From the human T2T-CHM13v2.0 reference genome, Homo sapiens, in assembly GCF_009914755.1 (NCBI RefSeq), contig NC_060937.1: 64,000 nucleotides of DNA; one strand, given 5' to 3'. The position numbers and the translations under genes are program-made. The number at the start of each line of letters is the position of its first letter. Position 1 is the stretch's first letter. Shown here in pieces: positions 12,249 to 28,330 of the stretch. Below the pieces are notes generated by a model, which saw only the letters and a list, made by a program, of their open reading frames with translations, had not been told where the DNA came from and did no database searches.

Positions 12249-14508
12249 TCATAATTGCAAGATAGCAGACAAAAGCATTCAGTTCATTGGCTATAAAAAG
12301 GACAATCTCATATTAATATGTATGATAGTCATTGTTCTCACATCCTCTTCATCTGTCATTTCATTTCCCAAAGGAAACATTAAAGAGGCAGGCTTATTAT
12401 TATTTTTTAATGTAAAAGATGTTTAAGCCAACATCTGATGGAGAAATTACCATGGTGTGTAACAGAACTAAATGTTAATATTCAAGCATATGCTCATAAA
12501 ATGATTATAGTACTTGTTTTTAAACTAAATGATAGATTATTTGAATAATATAGCCTTTCAAAATTAACAGGAAAGAGGACCTCTAATACATTTGTCTTGT
12601 CTTTAGTGCCGTTGTTCACATAATTGTATAACATTATAAACAAAGGAAATAGTGATATTATTTAATTTTGCATACCTGCAAGAGTAAATGATAGACGACT
12701 AAAACATGTTACGCTATGCTTATTTTTGGTTTAACACATGGGTATATGGACTCTTCTTGCATTCTTTGATAATATGACTATTACAAAAGAAAAGAAACAC
12801 AGAGGAAATGCTGGAACAAACAGTTTTAGTCAACAATCTGTTTCAGTGATATCCTAGTAGCTGTCATGAATATCTCTTTATGTAATTATTTCAGCAAAGC
12901 CTGCTTTCAAGCACATGAGAAAGATACATCAATTAATGACTCATGTCCTAAGTTTAACTAATAAATTATATTTTAACTTAAAATTTTTTTCTATTTAAAA
13001 AGTTTTTGAGAAAAAATCTCAGATTACAAAGCATAACTGCAGAAATACCAATAGTAACTCTAAGAATGCAACTGTCAGAATATAAACACTTTTCCCCAGA
13101 GAATGAAATTAGATACTGAGAGAAATTTAAAATTTAAAAGTGCTAAGTACTCATCAGCTCCACTACAGTGCAATTCAGTTAATTAAGGCCATTTGTTCAG
13201 CAGTTTCTCCAGTTTGAAAGTTAAAAAATACAGGATTTAGTGCAGCAAAGAGAGAAATATTTTCAATTAAACATATACAAAGATTGGCATATTAAGATAG
13301 ATACACACATTGTTTTTAAAGGTTTTTTTTTTTTTCACTCCAGGTTATTTTCGTTGCTATCTGATTGGTAGGTAACTAGAACTAATTGGTAACTTGGCCA
13401 AGTCTCACAGGAAATGGGGCAGCTATTTGTACAAGAAATGGATGATTTTGCAAATACAGCATTTGTGCCCAGTTTGTAATCAATCCCATCTTCCTGCTGC
13501 AAGACTCTGAAATTCACTTGGGGACTCAGGATGAGATATCACAAGCACAGAACTCATTTGTTCTTATAAGTTTTTGTTTGTTTTTTCCTGCTATGTTGGA
13601 CAAAAATTCACTTTTAAAAAATCAAATTATTTTAGTTCTATTAAGACACAGTATGACTTAAAGGAAATCGAATTACAGTTTCATCATTTATGTAATCAAC
13701 TTATAGTTTTATTCTATGATATTTTGCTGAAACATAAATATCTCAGTGGTACAAAGGCAATGTGTACCTTTTCTCTTCCTTTAAACAAATCCCGCCGAGT
13801 GATCTTAAAAGCAGACAATTCCAGCATGTAAACCTTGAGATTGGAGGGGAATAAGGTAGCCTCACATATAGCATTACCTTCATCTGAGCAACACGAAGTG
13901 GTACCAAATGAATAGCAGCAGGAAGTGTGAGAAATTTAGAGAGAGAGCAGCATTTTCCCCACAAATGATTGTTGTCTTCTTTCACCCGTGTGCCATTGTC
14001 ATCTAGATGGAATCATGCATTAATGATGTCTCTGATTGGATGGTGTTCATAAAACATGACCTCTAAAATTGCTAGATATATATTCAGTGATGCCAGAATT
14101 CTCTTACCCATCACCACCTTTGACTTTGAAAGCACTCCTGAGGAAAATTGCACACAAGATCTGATCTACCTGGACCTTCAATGTAAAGACGTAATGACTT
14201 GGTGATTCCAGTTTGCTGCACCTATCTGTATTACAGAATGGCTAAAACAAACAATATTTTATTTTTTTCTGTAGAAGAGATATGAAAACTCTCCCCAGAT
14301 ATGGGCTTCCCTTTTCCAGTCTTCATTTTAAAGTGTTGAAATATTCTGATGGTAGCCTACGCCTGGCCAATTAATTCTGAATAAAAATTCTATATAAATA
14401 CATTTTATTATATTTCAACTATTATGACAATAGTAGTAAGTTTTGAATTTGGCTCTCATGTATCCAGTGGACTGTTTATGCAGTATAGTCCTATTCGTAG
14501 GCACTTCC

Positions 14509-15034
14509 TATATATATACATATATACATATATACATATATATACATATATACATATATACATATATACATATATACATATATACATATATACATATATA
14601 TACATATATACATATATACATATATACATATATATACATATATACACATATATACATATATACATATATACATATATACACATATATACATACATATACA
14701 TATATACATACATATACATATATACATATATGCATATATACATATACGCATATATACATATATGCATATATACATATACGCATATATAATATATACGCAT
14801 ATATACATATATACACATATACATATACATACACATATATACATATATACCTATATACACATATATATACACATATATACATATATACACACATATATAC
14901 CTATATACACATATATACACATATATACATATATACATGTATATATACGTATATATACACGTGTATATATATACGTATATATACATGTATATATATACAT
15001 ATATACGTATATATACACGTGTATATATATATAT
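14509..15034. repeat. Long (TATATACA/TATATACATA)n microsatellite
   Basis: About 525 bp of almost uninterrupted purine-pyrimidine alternation. It produces the spurious IYTH/YVCM ORFs. Confidence 0.97.
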
Positions 15035-16286
15035 TTTCAGATGAAAAGAAATAAAACATAAACTATTTCATTTAGGGACCTATAAAAACATACCCAAGTG
15101 ACTCACGTAAGCTTTAGCAGACAGAGTAGTCTATGGTCTTATAATGAAGAGCTTATACCCCATAAAACAATCCTATTTCTAGTGAGGATAATGTAATGAA
15201 GCATAGAATATCCATTGATGGTAACTACCTTTGCCTACTTCATCAAATTAAACTGAGCCTATTTAAAGCTTTGCAAACCTAGCAAGACATAGTTTCTTTT
15301 AAATTCTTAGTTCAACATATGAGGAAAGTTATGGTCCGTGAAAAATCTAGGAAAGCTGTAAAAAGGTATAGCATCCAGAAGCATTTTTAAACTCATGATG
15401 GAGAATTTGTTAATGTGAGCTTCAGGCAATTTGCTGTTCTTAAAGTATAATATGAGCTTCTGAAATTTTGGCTGAAACCTTTTGCAAAACTAAACTTGTT
15501 AGCTCTACATAGAGAAACAAAACAATCCTAATCATATCTCTTTTACTGGTTTCATAACTTCATAGATAATAATACTTGCCTATGACCAATGTACTTTGAA
15601 TGACACTTAGATGTGAATCAAACCATGAGGTCTAACTATAGGGTTAAAAGGTAGATTCTACAAGTCATGCATAAATCTCTACCCTACTCTCTGTGAATGG
15701 TAACTCACAGATGGTGAACTGTGTTCTGGCGGACTTATTTTTAATATACCAATTGTGTGTAGCACAATAGTCATTTCATAAAAGGTCTTCAATGTGTTGT
15801 AATCACTGAATGGGAAATAAATTTCCATCCTCTTTTGAAGGGTGCATTTGTGATGTTATACCTGCTGCATATTGTGGTAACAAGCAGTCATTCCCAAAAA
15901 TGAACATGACCCTATTTCATAACAGGATATTGATTTTGCATGCTTAAATTAAGTTTGTATTTATTATTACTATATATCTCTCCAGTTAGTTTCCATTTTT
16001 ACTTCTAATCCGGTTAAAAACTTACTATATTTTAAAAATACACTCTGCTATAGCCATCTAATTATTTAAAATAGAATCTCAGGTTATTAGGCAGTGCATT
16101 GCTTCCTACATCCAAATTTGAGCTTGAACATTTTGCTAACTCTTTTGGAATTCAATTTCCAGTTTACTCACCTCTGAAGAAGTATGGATTACTTGACTTG
16201 TTCACTAACTTTAGTAGAATTAGAACTCACACTCATGTGTCCTAACATCAAATTTTCATTGAAGATCATGTGCTGCATGACCTATA

Positions 16287-16630
16287 CAGATGGTCCCCAA
16301 CTTGAGATGGTTTGACTTAGTTTTTTGACTTTATGATGGTGTGAAAGCAAATGCATTCAGTAGCACTTGTACCTCAAGTGCTCATTCAACCATTCTATTT
16401 TTCACTTTTAGTACAGTATTTAATAAGTTACATGAGATATTCAACACCTTTGTATAAAAGTGGCTTTGTGTGACGTAATTTCCCCCAACTGTAGGGTAAT
16501 GTAGATGTTGTGAGCACGTTTACCATATTCTAGGCTAAACTATCATGTTGCGTAGGTTCGACATAATTATATTTTCAATTTACGATAGCTCTATCAGGAC
16601 ATAACCTCATCGTAAGTTGAGGAATATCTG
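16287..16630 (+). mobile_element. Tigger3a (MER7A)-like DNA transposon
   Basis: TIRs CAGATGGTCCCCAACTT ... CATCGTAAGTTGAGGAATATCTG with TA on both sides. 344 bp. Confidence 0.88.
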
Positions 16631-16884
16631 TAATTATCTTGATTGCAAATGTATTTAATAAGGCTGTAGCCAGTGAGGCAGAAGAGTGCATACCAGGCTG
16701 TAAGTTGTTCAGCCTCACAGAGTAGTCGCTTTCCGACTTCTTGAGAGGGTTTAATGTTGCATCAAAAGAGCTGGTTCTCTAAAGTTTTAAAATCCCTATT
16801 ATTGTATACAGAGTTACCTGTGTGTGGGAATATATGATGTTTCTAGAATAAATTTGAATCCTTGAGAAGTTAAAAAGTGACTCT

Positions 16885-17130
16885 TAATTAAGCAAGTGGC
16901 ACTGGAATCAGATTTTATGGGTGTGAATTCTAACTCTACCATCAAACTATATAAGCTTCAACAAGTTAATTAACCTATTTAAGCTCTGGTTTCCTTACTA
17001 GTAAAGTGGAGATAATTATAACTTCTAACTCAAACGGTTGTTTTGAAAATTAATTAAGATATTCCGTGTAAGGCATGTGAAATAGTTCCTAGCAGATAAT
17101 CAGTACACAGTTGATGTAAGGCATTATTAC
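16885..17130 (+). mobile_element. MIR SINE, degenerate
   Basis: CTGGAATCAGA...AAGTTAATTAACCT...GTTTCCTTACTAGTAAAGTGGAGATAAT core, then TGTAAGGCA. Confidence 0.75.
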
Positions 17131-17799
17131 TATATCACTGATTAAAGGGTTTGCCCCAATGCAGCCTGTATTTTATAATTTATGTGGTTCTGCTCTAAAT
17201 TTTTCATACTTATTGATGATTGTAGTATATTAAATTATCATTAAAATTAAAATTAACCTTATTTATACTTTTCCTCTTAAAGTATATCCTTTTCTTAAGT
17301 TAGAATTTAAATTATAGCTTTAGTATTGTTTTAAACCTATTTCTGAACTTTATTTTTTTACTGTAAAATTCTCACATTAAAGGTTCATACTTCGTGATTT
17401 TTTCCATTTTGCTAATATCTTGCTTGCATTAGTGAAAAATAAAAAGAAATTGATTAATTGTTTTGATCTCTAATTCATATATAAGAGTGGAAATGGATTT
17501 CTATATCTGATATTTTTGCTAGAAAAAATGATAAGCTTAGTATTACCTTACTGTAATCTCTGGTAACTAAGTTTATGACATTTAACTGGAAAGATAGACT
17601 ATCTTTAATGAAGTGATTGTGACCCACTCAGTGACTAAGACAGCATGGATATTAACATCATCTGTCATCATTTCCGACAAAAGGGTTGCTCCATTTTGGA
17701 AAGTTCCCTGGTATTTGCTCCAGCCAAAGACTACCAGGAATATACCCGCAATTAAACAGGTTGGATGTATTGTTCATTGCAATGAGAAATAATACACAC

Positions 17800-18250
17800 C
17801 ATGAGGAACCATGGAGTATATCCGTAAGATGATACAGTAGGAAAACTTACAAGATTTGGGCTCACATTAGGTGATTTGTGGGAGTCTCTGGAGAAGCAGA
17901 TCTTTGCTGTGGATTGGTTATTATCAGCAAGCAAAAGTAATATCTTGACTGAGCATTTTAATAAGCTTTATTGAGAAGGGGCAAGACTAGGATGGAACTA
18001 AACTGTAATTGGTAAGGAGATGTGCAGTCTTTCATATTAGCCAGGACAGGGAGATGTTTGGTTATTTTTTTGATTTTTAAGAAAAGTATGTTTTTGTCTG
18101 TGTTCAAAAATGGTTATGGGATAGTGCTGTTTTTGTCTTGATCAACCAGAGTAACCTTGTCTGATGTTGATATTCTGTGAAGTTGTTTATTTCTACAGAA
18201 AAACACCAGTCTAGATGTCAGTGATGGAAAGCAGCCAGACACTGCACTTC
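17800..18250. mobile_element. Possible ancient LTR-like interspersed repeat, family unassigned
   Basis: GACTAG...CTAAACTGTAATTGGTAAGGAG...CATATTAGCCAGGACAGGG resembles old mammalian LTR sequence. Termini are not recognisable. Confidence 0.3.
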
Positions 18251-21200
18251 TCTTTCTTATCTTGTTCATAATACACATAGTCGGCAAATAATGACAAATA
18301 ACACTGATATTGATTTAATGGTAGCTAAGTGCAAGGAATGTGCTGGTTGTTTCAAATACATGACCACATTTATACTGTACAAAAGTCTTAGTTTTATTTA
18401 TAGCGGAGGAAACAGATTCAAAGAGATAAAGTGATATACTTTGGAAGGATGATATTTCAAAATTATCAGAGAGATAAAGTGATATACATAAGATCACACC
18501 CTTTGGAACAATGAGTTCTCAAAACAGTCTTCCTCCAAGATGTGTCCTGTTTCTACTAGGACATACTTCCTTTATGAGTTTCAGTTAGCATGCTGGAGAG
18601 ACTGGGGAGGCACACACCTTTCACACAAAGCAACCCGGGCAATTCTCTTCAAAAATGCATCATGTATCATGGAATCAAGGGCTCATATTTAGAAACATTC
18701 TAGCTCTCTTTGGAATCTATTTATTCTTTTTTAGATATTGATCTGATAAACTTACTACCAGTAGTCCTAGCTCACAGAAAATGTGTACCAAAAACAAAAT
18801 GAAAGCTTGGTGAGGGGGTGTTTCTACACATTCAGAGTTCCACACTGCTAACTACTAGTAGGGAGACTATGGAACAGAAAAGCCCAATTAATAGACACTT
18901 AACTTCAAAGAGCAAATCAGTTTGGAACCACTAAATATAAAGACAAGCAGGACAGTCAGTGAGGCCATCAATGTATGAACACACTGATATTAGTCATTAT
19001 GATAATCCTACATTTTTACAGAAATGTAAAATATTATTCATCTTACTCAGTTTTTCAGTCCATACATTTAAGAAAGTATATCTAAAAAGTATGAACTACA
19101 AGTTGGTTGCTAAACAGGTAAAATTCTGTAATTCAGAAAATTTCTGCTTGTCATTTCTACCACTTTGCCAAATAAAACTGGCACTATGGTAATATATTTA
19201 AAGTAGGAACCAAATTATAATCTTATCACCATTTTATGACTTCATTAGAATTTTGTCTTGATTCAAGGGATTTGTTTTAATGACCATAGGTGGTCAAGAA
19301 CGAGAGAGAAAAAAATAATTTACAGTGCAAACCACAAGTCTAATGTAATAGTTTGTCCTGAAGGCAGATAAAATTGGTATTAAACTGAAGAAAGATTATT
19401 TTATATCAGACCTTATAATATCTGATGAAGATAATGCTGCTAGTATTAGTCCCAGAAGATTTATGTTAGGAAAGTGAGTTATATGAGCCAGTGACTTGTC
19501 TGGATTAGAGGTGGTAAACCATCAGCCTATAAAAAAGAAAATACGGTTTGTGGGCACGTTTTGTTTAGTCTGCAGGGTATTGATCCACTAAGGGATTTTT
19601 TTCAAAAACATAAGCTGATTTCTACAAAGATAAACAATGAACCAGCATTAGGGTGATGGAGACATTTGTGTGTTCCACTTTTCTGCATGACATAATCGGC
19701 TGCAGCAAAGGAGCAGCTGCCTTTTATGGGTTTGTGGTCAAGCGAGTTTAAACACCTGGTGCTTTTTACCCCTCTGCACTGGGCTACTACAGACATTTCT
19801 ATGTATTTATGATCCTAGTCGTGATGTTTACTTAGATTTCCTTTTGGTTCTGTGATTCTTTGTATTTATCGTATGTTTCTCTTGCCCTCACTCACTTTTT
19901 AATGCGTATGTATGTGTGTGGCCAAAAAAGAGAAAAAAAAGCAGTTTTTCAGAAGATGAATATGTGTTTTATCAAGTATATATAACTTTAACAAGGAAGT
20001 TTTATTTTAAAAGTAGTATATCAGTAGCATATCAGTATATATTTGTGTATCAGAGTCTATTTTTTGCAAAACCTGGCATATATTTAGGGCTTTGGTTCAA
20101 CTGGTCACATAATCAATGTGTAGATTAATTTTATTTTTAAATCTGATAATTAGAATAGGATTTAAATTATTATATGGTTTCGCTTCAAAATGTAGAGATA
20201 AAATTATGAAATTATACAAGAAATTAATGTTCATTTATTTTCTTCAGGTACTTTTTTGACTTTTTAATTTGCTTTGTATAAACAAGATTATTGTCTTCCT
20301 TGAATTGCTGTAGAGGCATCATAAATCACATTTAGAAAAATCTCCTCATTAATATAATTATTTCAGTATTTATTAAACAGAGAAAACAAATTACATTTTA
20401 CATTAATATCATTAATTCTCCAACCCATTTTTTTAGTTGCCACTTTTGCAACTATAAATACTAATTTCTCAGGTACAAAGGATATGTCACAATTCTATTA
20501 GTTTTGAATTTTTACCAGTAATGAGATAGGATTGTGCATTAAGATACAGTCCAACTGTGAACACAAATTATACTATTGTGAGTAATAGGCTACAATAATA
20601 AATTTCACACAGTAATTTGCTCAAAATGTAAGATGATTTAAAATTTTTTATTTGACTAAGACCTAACCTTTTGTATTTCATCTTGCTGGGGAACTTTGAT
20701 GCTGAATACCTTCAGACTTTATGTGCATCATTATGATCCTTCCCAAGTATAATGGAATATTCCAAAGGCTCTATTTTGTAGTTGAAATGTTATACTATAG
20801 ATCAATTTATTTGCTACTAGCATGATGATATCCATCTTCTGGATTCTTTATATGAATAATATATATTCTAATTTTTACTTTAATATCTAATACTGCATTT
20901 ATTCATGACCTTTGCAAATACTTTCTCTACTAAAATTGGCCAATTTTCTTCTGGCTTCCTTATTTTTAAGAGGCCACCAAAAGTCCTTTAGGGGAACACA
21001 TAGAATCCCAGGCTACTGATTATCACTTTCTAGAAGGTCATGTCTGGAAAGATGTAGGTCAGAGAAGATTTCTCACAGCAAAGCCACATGCAGATGGCAG
21101 GAATGGCTGGATTTTGGTGGCAATCAGGCTATAAATGATCTTATTACCCCGGCTTTAATGACTTCATACAAGGAAAAAGTTATGTAATTTTAATAAAAAA

Positions 21201-21467
21201 TATACTTGTGAAACTTTTGCCTGCGAGAGAGCAGATATGTGGCCTGTTCTATATCAGAGAATAGAATTAAGCACCAAAATTGGCAAAAAATTAAGCCAAG
21301 TATGTTCTAGTTTAGCAGCTGTCATACTTTTACAGATCTGATTTCTAAACAGACAATTACTTGTTTTTCTAAATCCCAGAAAATAACTTACCACTTTTAA
21401 AATTCAAACCATAATTCTTAACCTTGTCTTGTGGCCCATGGGAGACTTTTGGGACAGATGTCTATAG

Positions 21468-23070
<1,603 letters not shown>

Positions 23071-23488
23071 TCTAAAAGCTGTTTTTTATTTCAGTTAAAA
23101 TTTATTATTTTCCTTGAGATTTTTTTATCTTGTTATAGTCTTTAATTCAGATGAACTTTGTTGGTATTCAAAAAACGTATGTAGTAGAGGCTTTCTGTCC
23201 TCCTTGTTATCTTCTCAGAGGTCTGCCAGGAATAATTTTGTAGTATTCAGTTTCCAAACATCAGTGGGTTACTTCCTGAAGAGAGTTTCCCATCCCTGGA
23301 GGTATCTAAGCACAGGCTGAATGACAGGGGAATGACATGAAGGACCAAGTGAAATTTAGGACCTCCAAAGATTCAATCATCTAAGGGTGTATAGTATATT
23401 ATTATACTTATCTACATATGCAAATGAAAGCCTACTAAAATTGTTCATTTGTTTTTCATCTATACATATTTTGTGTGTGTGTACGTAT

Positions 23489-23851
23489 TGTTGTGGACTG
23501 AATATTTGTGTCCTCTCAAAATTCATATCTTGAAATCCTAACTCCTAAAGTGATAGTGTAGGAAATGAAGGCTTTGAGAGGCACTTATGTAAGGAAGGTA
23601 GAACTACCATGAATGGGGTTAGTGCCCTAATAAAAAAAAGACCCCAGAGAGCACTTTAGCTGTCTTTCTCCCATGGAAGGACAAAACAAGAAGTTGACAT
23701 TCTGCAATATGAAAGAGGGTCCTCACCAGAGCCCAGCCAAGCTGGAACCCTGATCTCAGACCCCCAGCCTCTAGAACTATGAAAAATTAATTTCTGTTTT
23801 TCATGAACCACCCAGTCTTTGGTACCTGTGATAGCAGCACAAACTAAGATA
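23489..23851 (+). mobile_element. MaLR solo LTR, MLT1A-like
   Basis: TGTTGTGGACTGAAT...TTGAAATCCTAAC...GGGTCCTCACCAGA...CCAGCCTCTAGAACTATGA...ATAGCAGCACAAACTAAGATA. Confidence 0.88.
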
Positions 23852-25726
23852 CATAATATTCATATCATGTATACACATCTTCAAAATACTTCATGTCATG
23901 AAAGTTACTTCTATGTTTTAAACAAATTAAAAGAGAAAAATGTTTTATTATCATATGTATATAGTTCTTTAAGAGAACAATTTTATCTTTATATACTTCT
24001 ACAATAAAATCCATTTAATAAATTTTAAATAGTGTTAGTTTATGGATATAATCTTAACTTTTTAACCCAAAGCTTTTCTTAACTCTAAAAAAGTAGACAA
24101 ATGTCATTGCTTTGCAGGAATTATTTTATAATGACTATGTCGTTTATTGCAACCATGTCATTTATTGGGTTAAATTTTTAACCTATTTAATTGTAACCAT
24201 CAGAGTCTTTATAGTTAAAGTACATTTCTTGGAGAAAATATATAATTGGGCCTTTTAAAAATTTACTTAATGATCTCTCTCCTTTAATTGGTGTATTAAA
24301 CCATTAGTACTTAAAGAAATTATTGATGTAGTTCATTTAATATCTAACATATTCAAAACTGTTCTGCTTGTTACATGCTCCTCTCCTTTTATATATTCTC
24401 TGATTTTCATGTAGCATTTTATATGATCCAACTTTATCTTCTCTTTTAGCATATCAATTATAAATTTTTAAAATTATTTTTACGGTTGTCCTAGACTTTC
24501 CGATATAAATGTTCAACTAATTTAACTCCACCTTCAAATAATATGATAACACTTCACATGTGGTGTAGGTTTCTTATAACAGACTATTCCCAATTCCCCC
24601 GTTTTGTCCCTTATAGCACTGTTGTCATTTATTTTCCTTATCCCTATGCTATAGTTACCCAATACACTGTCTTTATTATTATTTTAAACATTTATCTTCT
24701 AGGTACATTTACAAAGGAAATAGAGAACATGTTGTCAAACCTTTATTCCATCTTCAACACTCTTCCTTATGTAGAGTGGAGTTTCTGACCTATATAATTT
24801 TTTTCCCTTTAAATAACTTCTTTTGGCATTTTGTCTTAGAAAGTCTTTATTTTGCCTTCACTTTTACAGGAAAATTTCAGTGAATACAGAAATCCAGGCT
24901 GGTTTGTGTGGGTTTTTGTTTTCCCCTTTTCAATGGTGCACATATTTCCCTATATCTTCTTGCTTGCATGGTTTTTAATGGGAGTCCACTGTTTTTCTCA
25001 TCCTTGCTGTATCAGTAAGGTGTTCCCTCCACACTGACTTCTTTCAGGATTTTCTCTTTGTTTTGGTTTTCTGCAGTTTGAATATCATATGTGTAGGTGT
25101 TTGTTTCTGGTTTTTTTTTTTTTGTATTTTTCTTTATTAGCTTCTTTTTGGTATTTATCCTGTTGGGTGTTCTCTGAGCTTTCTGTATCTGTGGACTGAT
25201 ATCTAGAATTAATTTTGGAAAAATCTCAGCCATTCTGACTTCAAATATTTCATTCTGTTGTTTCTTTTTTGCTCTTGTGTTTGAATTATACATGTTATAC
25301 TATCTGAAATTATCCCCCAGTTCTTGGATATTCTGTTCTTCTTTTGGATTTATAGTTTGTTTTTGTTTTCCATTAACTTATCTGTTTGCATTTTTGTTTG
25401 GGAAGTTTCTACTGACTTATGGCAAGCTCACTGATTCTTTCCTCATTTACATTCAATCTGCTTGTAAAGCCATGAAAGGCATTTGTTATTTCTGTTACAA
25501 TGTTTTTTATTTGTAGCATTTCCTTTCCATTCTTTCTTAGAGTTTCCATCTCTTTTCTTACATTACTCATATGTGCTTTCATGTCATGTTTGCTTTTTTC
25601 ATTAGTGCTTTTAACATATTAGCCACCATTATTTTATGTTACCTATCTGATGAGTCCAACACTTGTGTTAAATCTCAATCTGATTTTGTTTTTGTTTTTT
25701 GTGTTTTTTTTTTTCATCTTAATGAC

Positions 25727-25877
25727 TTTTTAAAAAATTTTATTTTAAGTTCCATGATACACATGCAGGGCGTGCAGCCTTGTTACATAGGTAAACATGT
25801 TCCATGGTAGTTTGTCGCACCTATCAACCCATCACTTAGGCGTTAAGCCCCACATGCATTAGCTGTTTATTCTAATT
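25727..25877 (-). mobile_element. Short L1PA8-10-like 3' end
   Basis: TTTTATTTTAAGTTCC...TTGTTACATAGGTAAACATG...CACCTATCAACCCATCAC...ATGCATTAGCT. Confidence 0.85.
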
Positions 25878-26365
25878 TTGATAGTTACCTTGACTCTTTG
25901 CACTGTGTTGTTATCTTGCCTTTTACATGCTTCAGAGGCCTATTAGTGGGAAGCTAAGCATTCTATAATCTTATAATAAAATCGCTGTCTTGTAGAGGGC
26001 CTCTTTCTCTGGACTGTGACCTTTGCATAGCTCCTTATCCCACTTTGGTGAGACAGGAAGGTTTGAATAGTCTGATGGGAGCAATGTCTTTCTCCAGCTG
26101 AGAAAAGGCTCTAATAAAGTCTTTTCCCCTAGAGAGGAGGCCTTTGCTATGGAAAACACTCTGGGCATATTTCACAGTATTTATGATACTGTTTCCCTCC
26201 ATGTGCTAATGCCAAGAGGGGAGCTTTCTTGGATCTTCAATGTTAGCACTTGGTGGTGTACCTGGAGATAAAACCATAAAAATGTAGATTTCTAGCAGGA
26301 GTTTCTCACTGTTAACACTTGTCCCACTGAACCTCTAGCAATTTGTCAAAGTTACCTTATGCATG

Positions 26366-26732
26366 TGATGTGGTTCGTTTGAGTCCCCACCCAGATCTCA
26401 TCTTGAATTATAGTCCCGATCATTCCCACATGTTGTGGGAGGGGCCCTGTGGGAGATAATTGAATCATGGGGGCTGGGGGGGGTTCCCCCATACTGTTCT
26501 TGTGGTAGTGAAGACCTCTCATGAGATTTGATGGTTTCATAAGGGGAAACACCTTTTACTTGGCTCTCTAATTCTCTCTTGCCCGCCACTGTGGAAGATA
26601 CGCCTTTCATCTTCTGCTATGATTCTGAGGCTCCCCAGCCACATTGAACTGTGAGTCCATTAAACTTTTTTCTTTATAAATTACCCAGACTCAGGTATGT
26701 TTTTATTAGCAGCGTGAAAACGGACTAATACA
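26366..26732 (+). mobile_element. THE1B/C-like solo LTR
   Basis: TGATGTGGTT...GTCCCCACCCAGATCTCATCTTGAATT...CGGACTAATACA. 5-bp TSD GCATG/GTATG. Confidence 0.94.
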
Positions 26733-27368
26733 GTATGTTTCTATCTTTGTATGATTTCCGCAGCTTCTGCTCCAGGTAAGCAAATCTTTGCTGTAATTCC
26801 GTGAATCTGCCTCTCTGTCTAAATTTCATGGTGATGGTTTCCTCTGCAATCTCAGTTCTCTGATGAAACCAAAAAAAGTCACTGATTTTCTGCTTGTTCA
26901 TTTTTTTTTCTTCTTGTAAGGACAGAAGCGACAGCTTACAAGTTGTTTACTTATTGGCGCGGAAACAGCAAGTCATTCCTTTGTCCTTGTTGTAATGAAG
27001 CCCTAAGAATATTTCTCACCTACAAAATTTCATTTTGTATACATCTCAGATGGTTGAAAGATATTATTCTATTATCTTGCAGTTTATATAAGGTACCATA
27101 ATAGGTACTTGATAAAAATACAATGTACTATATCAAAATATACAGGCAGATTACCATGTCTTTGTGCAGTCACCATTTCAGCTAGTTGTTCAGGGCAGAG
27201 TGAGGATCTGAGTGCAGGGGGATAGGAAATCTTAAATTGCAGGCTGTGTCTGGATAATAAGTTTTAGATTACCACCATATTTTGATATGTGTTCTACAAC
27301 GTGGCCTGATGCAAGAATCAGAAAAAGTTAAAAACAGGATTAATTTATTTTAAAAAATTATTCCACTC

Positions 27369-27745
<377 letters not shown>

Positions 27746-27879
27746 TTAGATGTTTAGAATAATATTCTTTGTTTATCACAGCTGTGCTTTTTACTTTCAT
27801 ATATTTTCTCTGGAATTTTCAACTCCCTGGTAAACTCACTCCTCAAGTTAAATCTCAATAGATTCTTACTCTTCTATAA

Positions 27880-28330
27880 ATACATCCAGCTAAATATATC
27901 AAATGTTCCTCAAAATCCATATGTCCAAAACTAAAATTATTTCTTCGAATAAAACCTTTTTTTTCTATTCCTGTTAATGGTACAACCATAGTTGCAGTTC
28001 CAAAAACTCAAATATTTTGCTTCAGGTCATCCTGTCCTTCTTGACTACATACCCAGAAAATCACCAAGTCCAGCTGAATCTACTGCTATAATCTCTCTTT
28101 CTCTCCCCCACCTTTCCATCCTAACCTAGATCCTCCTTGTCAGCCTCCTACACTCCCAGTAGCCTCTCATTTACCTCTCCCATTCTTTACTTCCTTCCCC
28201 AGCCTGTGTTTCATGATGTTACCTGATTAATCTTTCTAAACTAGAGCTCTGCTCAAGCCTAACCACCACCCAAAAGACTCTACAGATAAGAGCCTACCCA
28301 TTCACATTCAATATGCTTCATGATTTGGTC
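27880..28330 (+). mobile_element. L2 LINE remnant
   Basis: CTCAAAATCCATATGTCCAAAACTAAA and AATCACCAAGTCC motifs in a pyrimidine-rich tract. Confidence 0.55.

Larger units (their letters stand above)
24224..26974 (-). mobile_element. Ancient L1M (MC/MD-like) 5' part: 5'UTR and ORF1 remnant, with nested L1PA and THE1
   Basis: Minus-frame EIFEVRMAEIFPKLILDISPQIQKAQRTPNRIN is L1 ORF1p-like. T-rich plus strand. Boundaries are approximate. Confidence 0.72.

Noticed and set aside
14424-15061. Longest ORFs in the window (up to 203 aa)
   Set aside because: These are translations of a TA/CA microsatellite that lacks stop codons.
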